The notes under the pieces: model-generated | What the model was told of the DNA's origin: nothing | What the model saw: only the letters and a program-made list of their open reading frames with translations | Database searches by the model: none | Source: Escherichia coli O127:H6 str. E2348/69 | GTDB lineage: Bacteria; Pseudomonadota; Gammaproteobacteria; Enterobacterales; Enterobacteriaceae | Length of the DNA stretch: 64,000 nucleotides | Direction: 5' to 3' (one strand) | Assembly: GCF_000026545.1 (NCBI RefSeq) | Contig: NC_011601.1 | Position numbers and translations under genes: made by a program | Part shown: piece by piece, positions 63,719 to 64,000 of the stretch | Numbering within the stretch: the first letter of the stretch is position 1 | Layout: every line of letters starts with the position of its first letter

Positions 63719-64000
63719 ATGAAAGAACTTGTGGTCGTTGCCATTGGTGGCAACAGCATTATCAAAGATAACGCCAGCCAGTCGATTGAGCATCAGGCGG
63801 AGGCGGTGAAAGCCGTGGCCGATACGGTGCTGGAAATGCTGGCTTCCGATTACGACATTGTGCTGACCCACGGCAACGGGCCGCAGGTCGGGCTGGATTT
63901 ACGCCGCGCGGAGATTGCCCACGAGCGCGAAGGGCTGCCCTTAACGCCGCTAGCGAACTGTGTGGCGGATACGCAAGGTGGCATTGGCTATCTGATCCAG
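63719..64000 (+). CDS. yahI: Carbamate kinase-like protein YahI (5' part; continues beyond window)
   Basis: 'MKELVVVAIGGNSIIKDNAS...VLTHGNGPQVG' amino-acid kinase family N-terminus. Confidence 0.85.
   Translation, partial: MKELVVVAIGGNSIIKDNASQSIEHQAEAVKAVADTVLEMLASDYDIVLTHGNGPQVGLDLRRAEIAHEREGLPLTPLANCVADTQGGIGYLIQ

Noticed and set aside
63310-63871. ORFs 63310..63687, 63377..63577, 63408..63722, 63581..63871
   Set aside because: Translations of the REP/BIME repeats (internally repetitive peptides); not genes.

Overview
This window reads as an Escherichia coli chromosomal segment, syntenic with the K-12 map from the Flag-2 remnant (lfhA'/lafU') and dinB through pepD-gpt-frsA-crl-phoE-proBA-thrW, then yagU-ykgJ, the ecpRABCDE pilus operon, ykgMO, eaeH, rclRABC, ykgEFGH, betABIT, pdeL and yahBCDEFG to the start of yahI. 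All gene identifications come from reading the supplied six-frame translations against remembered protein families; no database search was run. The strain is not K-12-like at several points: (1) dinB is directly coupled to yafP with no yafNO between them; (2) rtcB2(ykfJ)-prfH appear intact and translationally coupled, preceded by a 15-codon ORF with a perfect Shine-Dalgarno; (3) the thrW site holds only a ~3.5 kb decayed island (integrase 3' fragment, an IS911-like IS3-family element split by an IS110-family element, a 46-bp partial thrW copy, and a second integrase-end remnant) instead of a large prophage; (4) a ~6.3 kb block between ykgR and eaeH encodes a hydrolase, an Old Yellow Enzyme-type flavin oxidoreductase, two LysR regulators and two aldo-keto reductases; (5) eaeH/fdeC is full length (1416 aa). 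The strongest candidate for something new is the IS110-family element: its 281-bp 5' non-coding arm contains a 9-nt copy of the target flank and a 7-nt reverse complement of the right junction, consistent with an encoded bridge/guide RNA. No CRISPR array, restriction-modification system or other recognisable defence system is visible.
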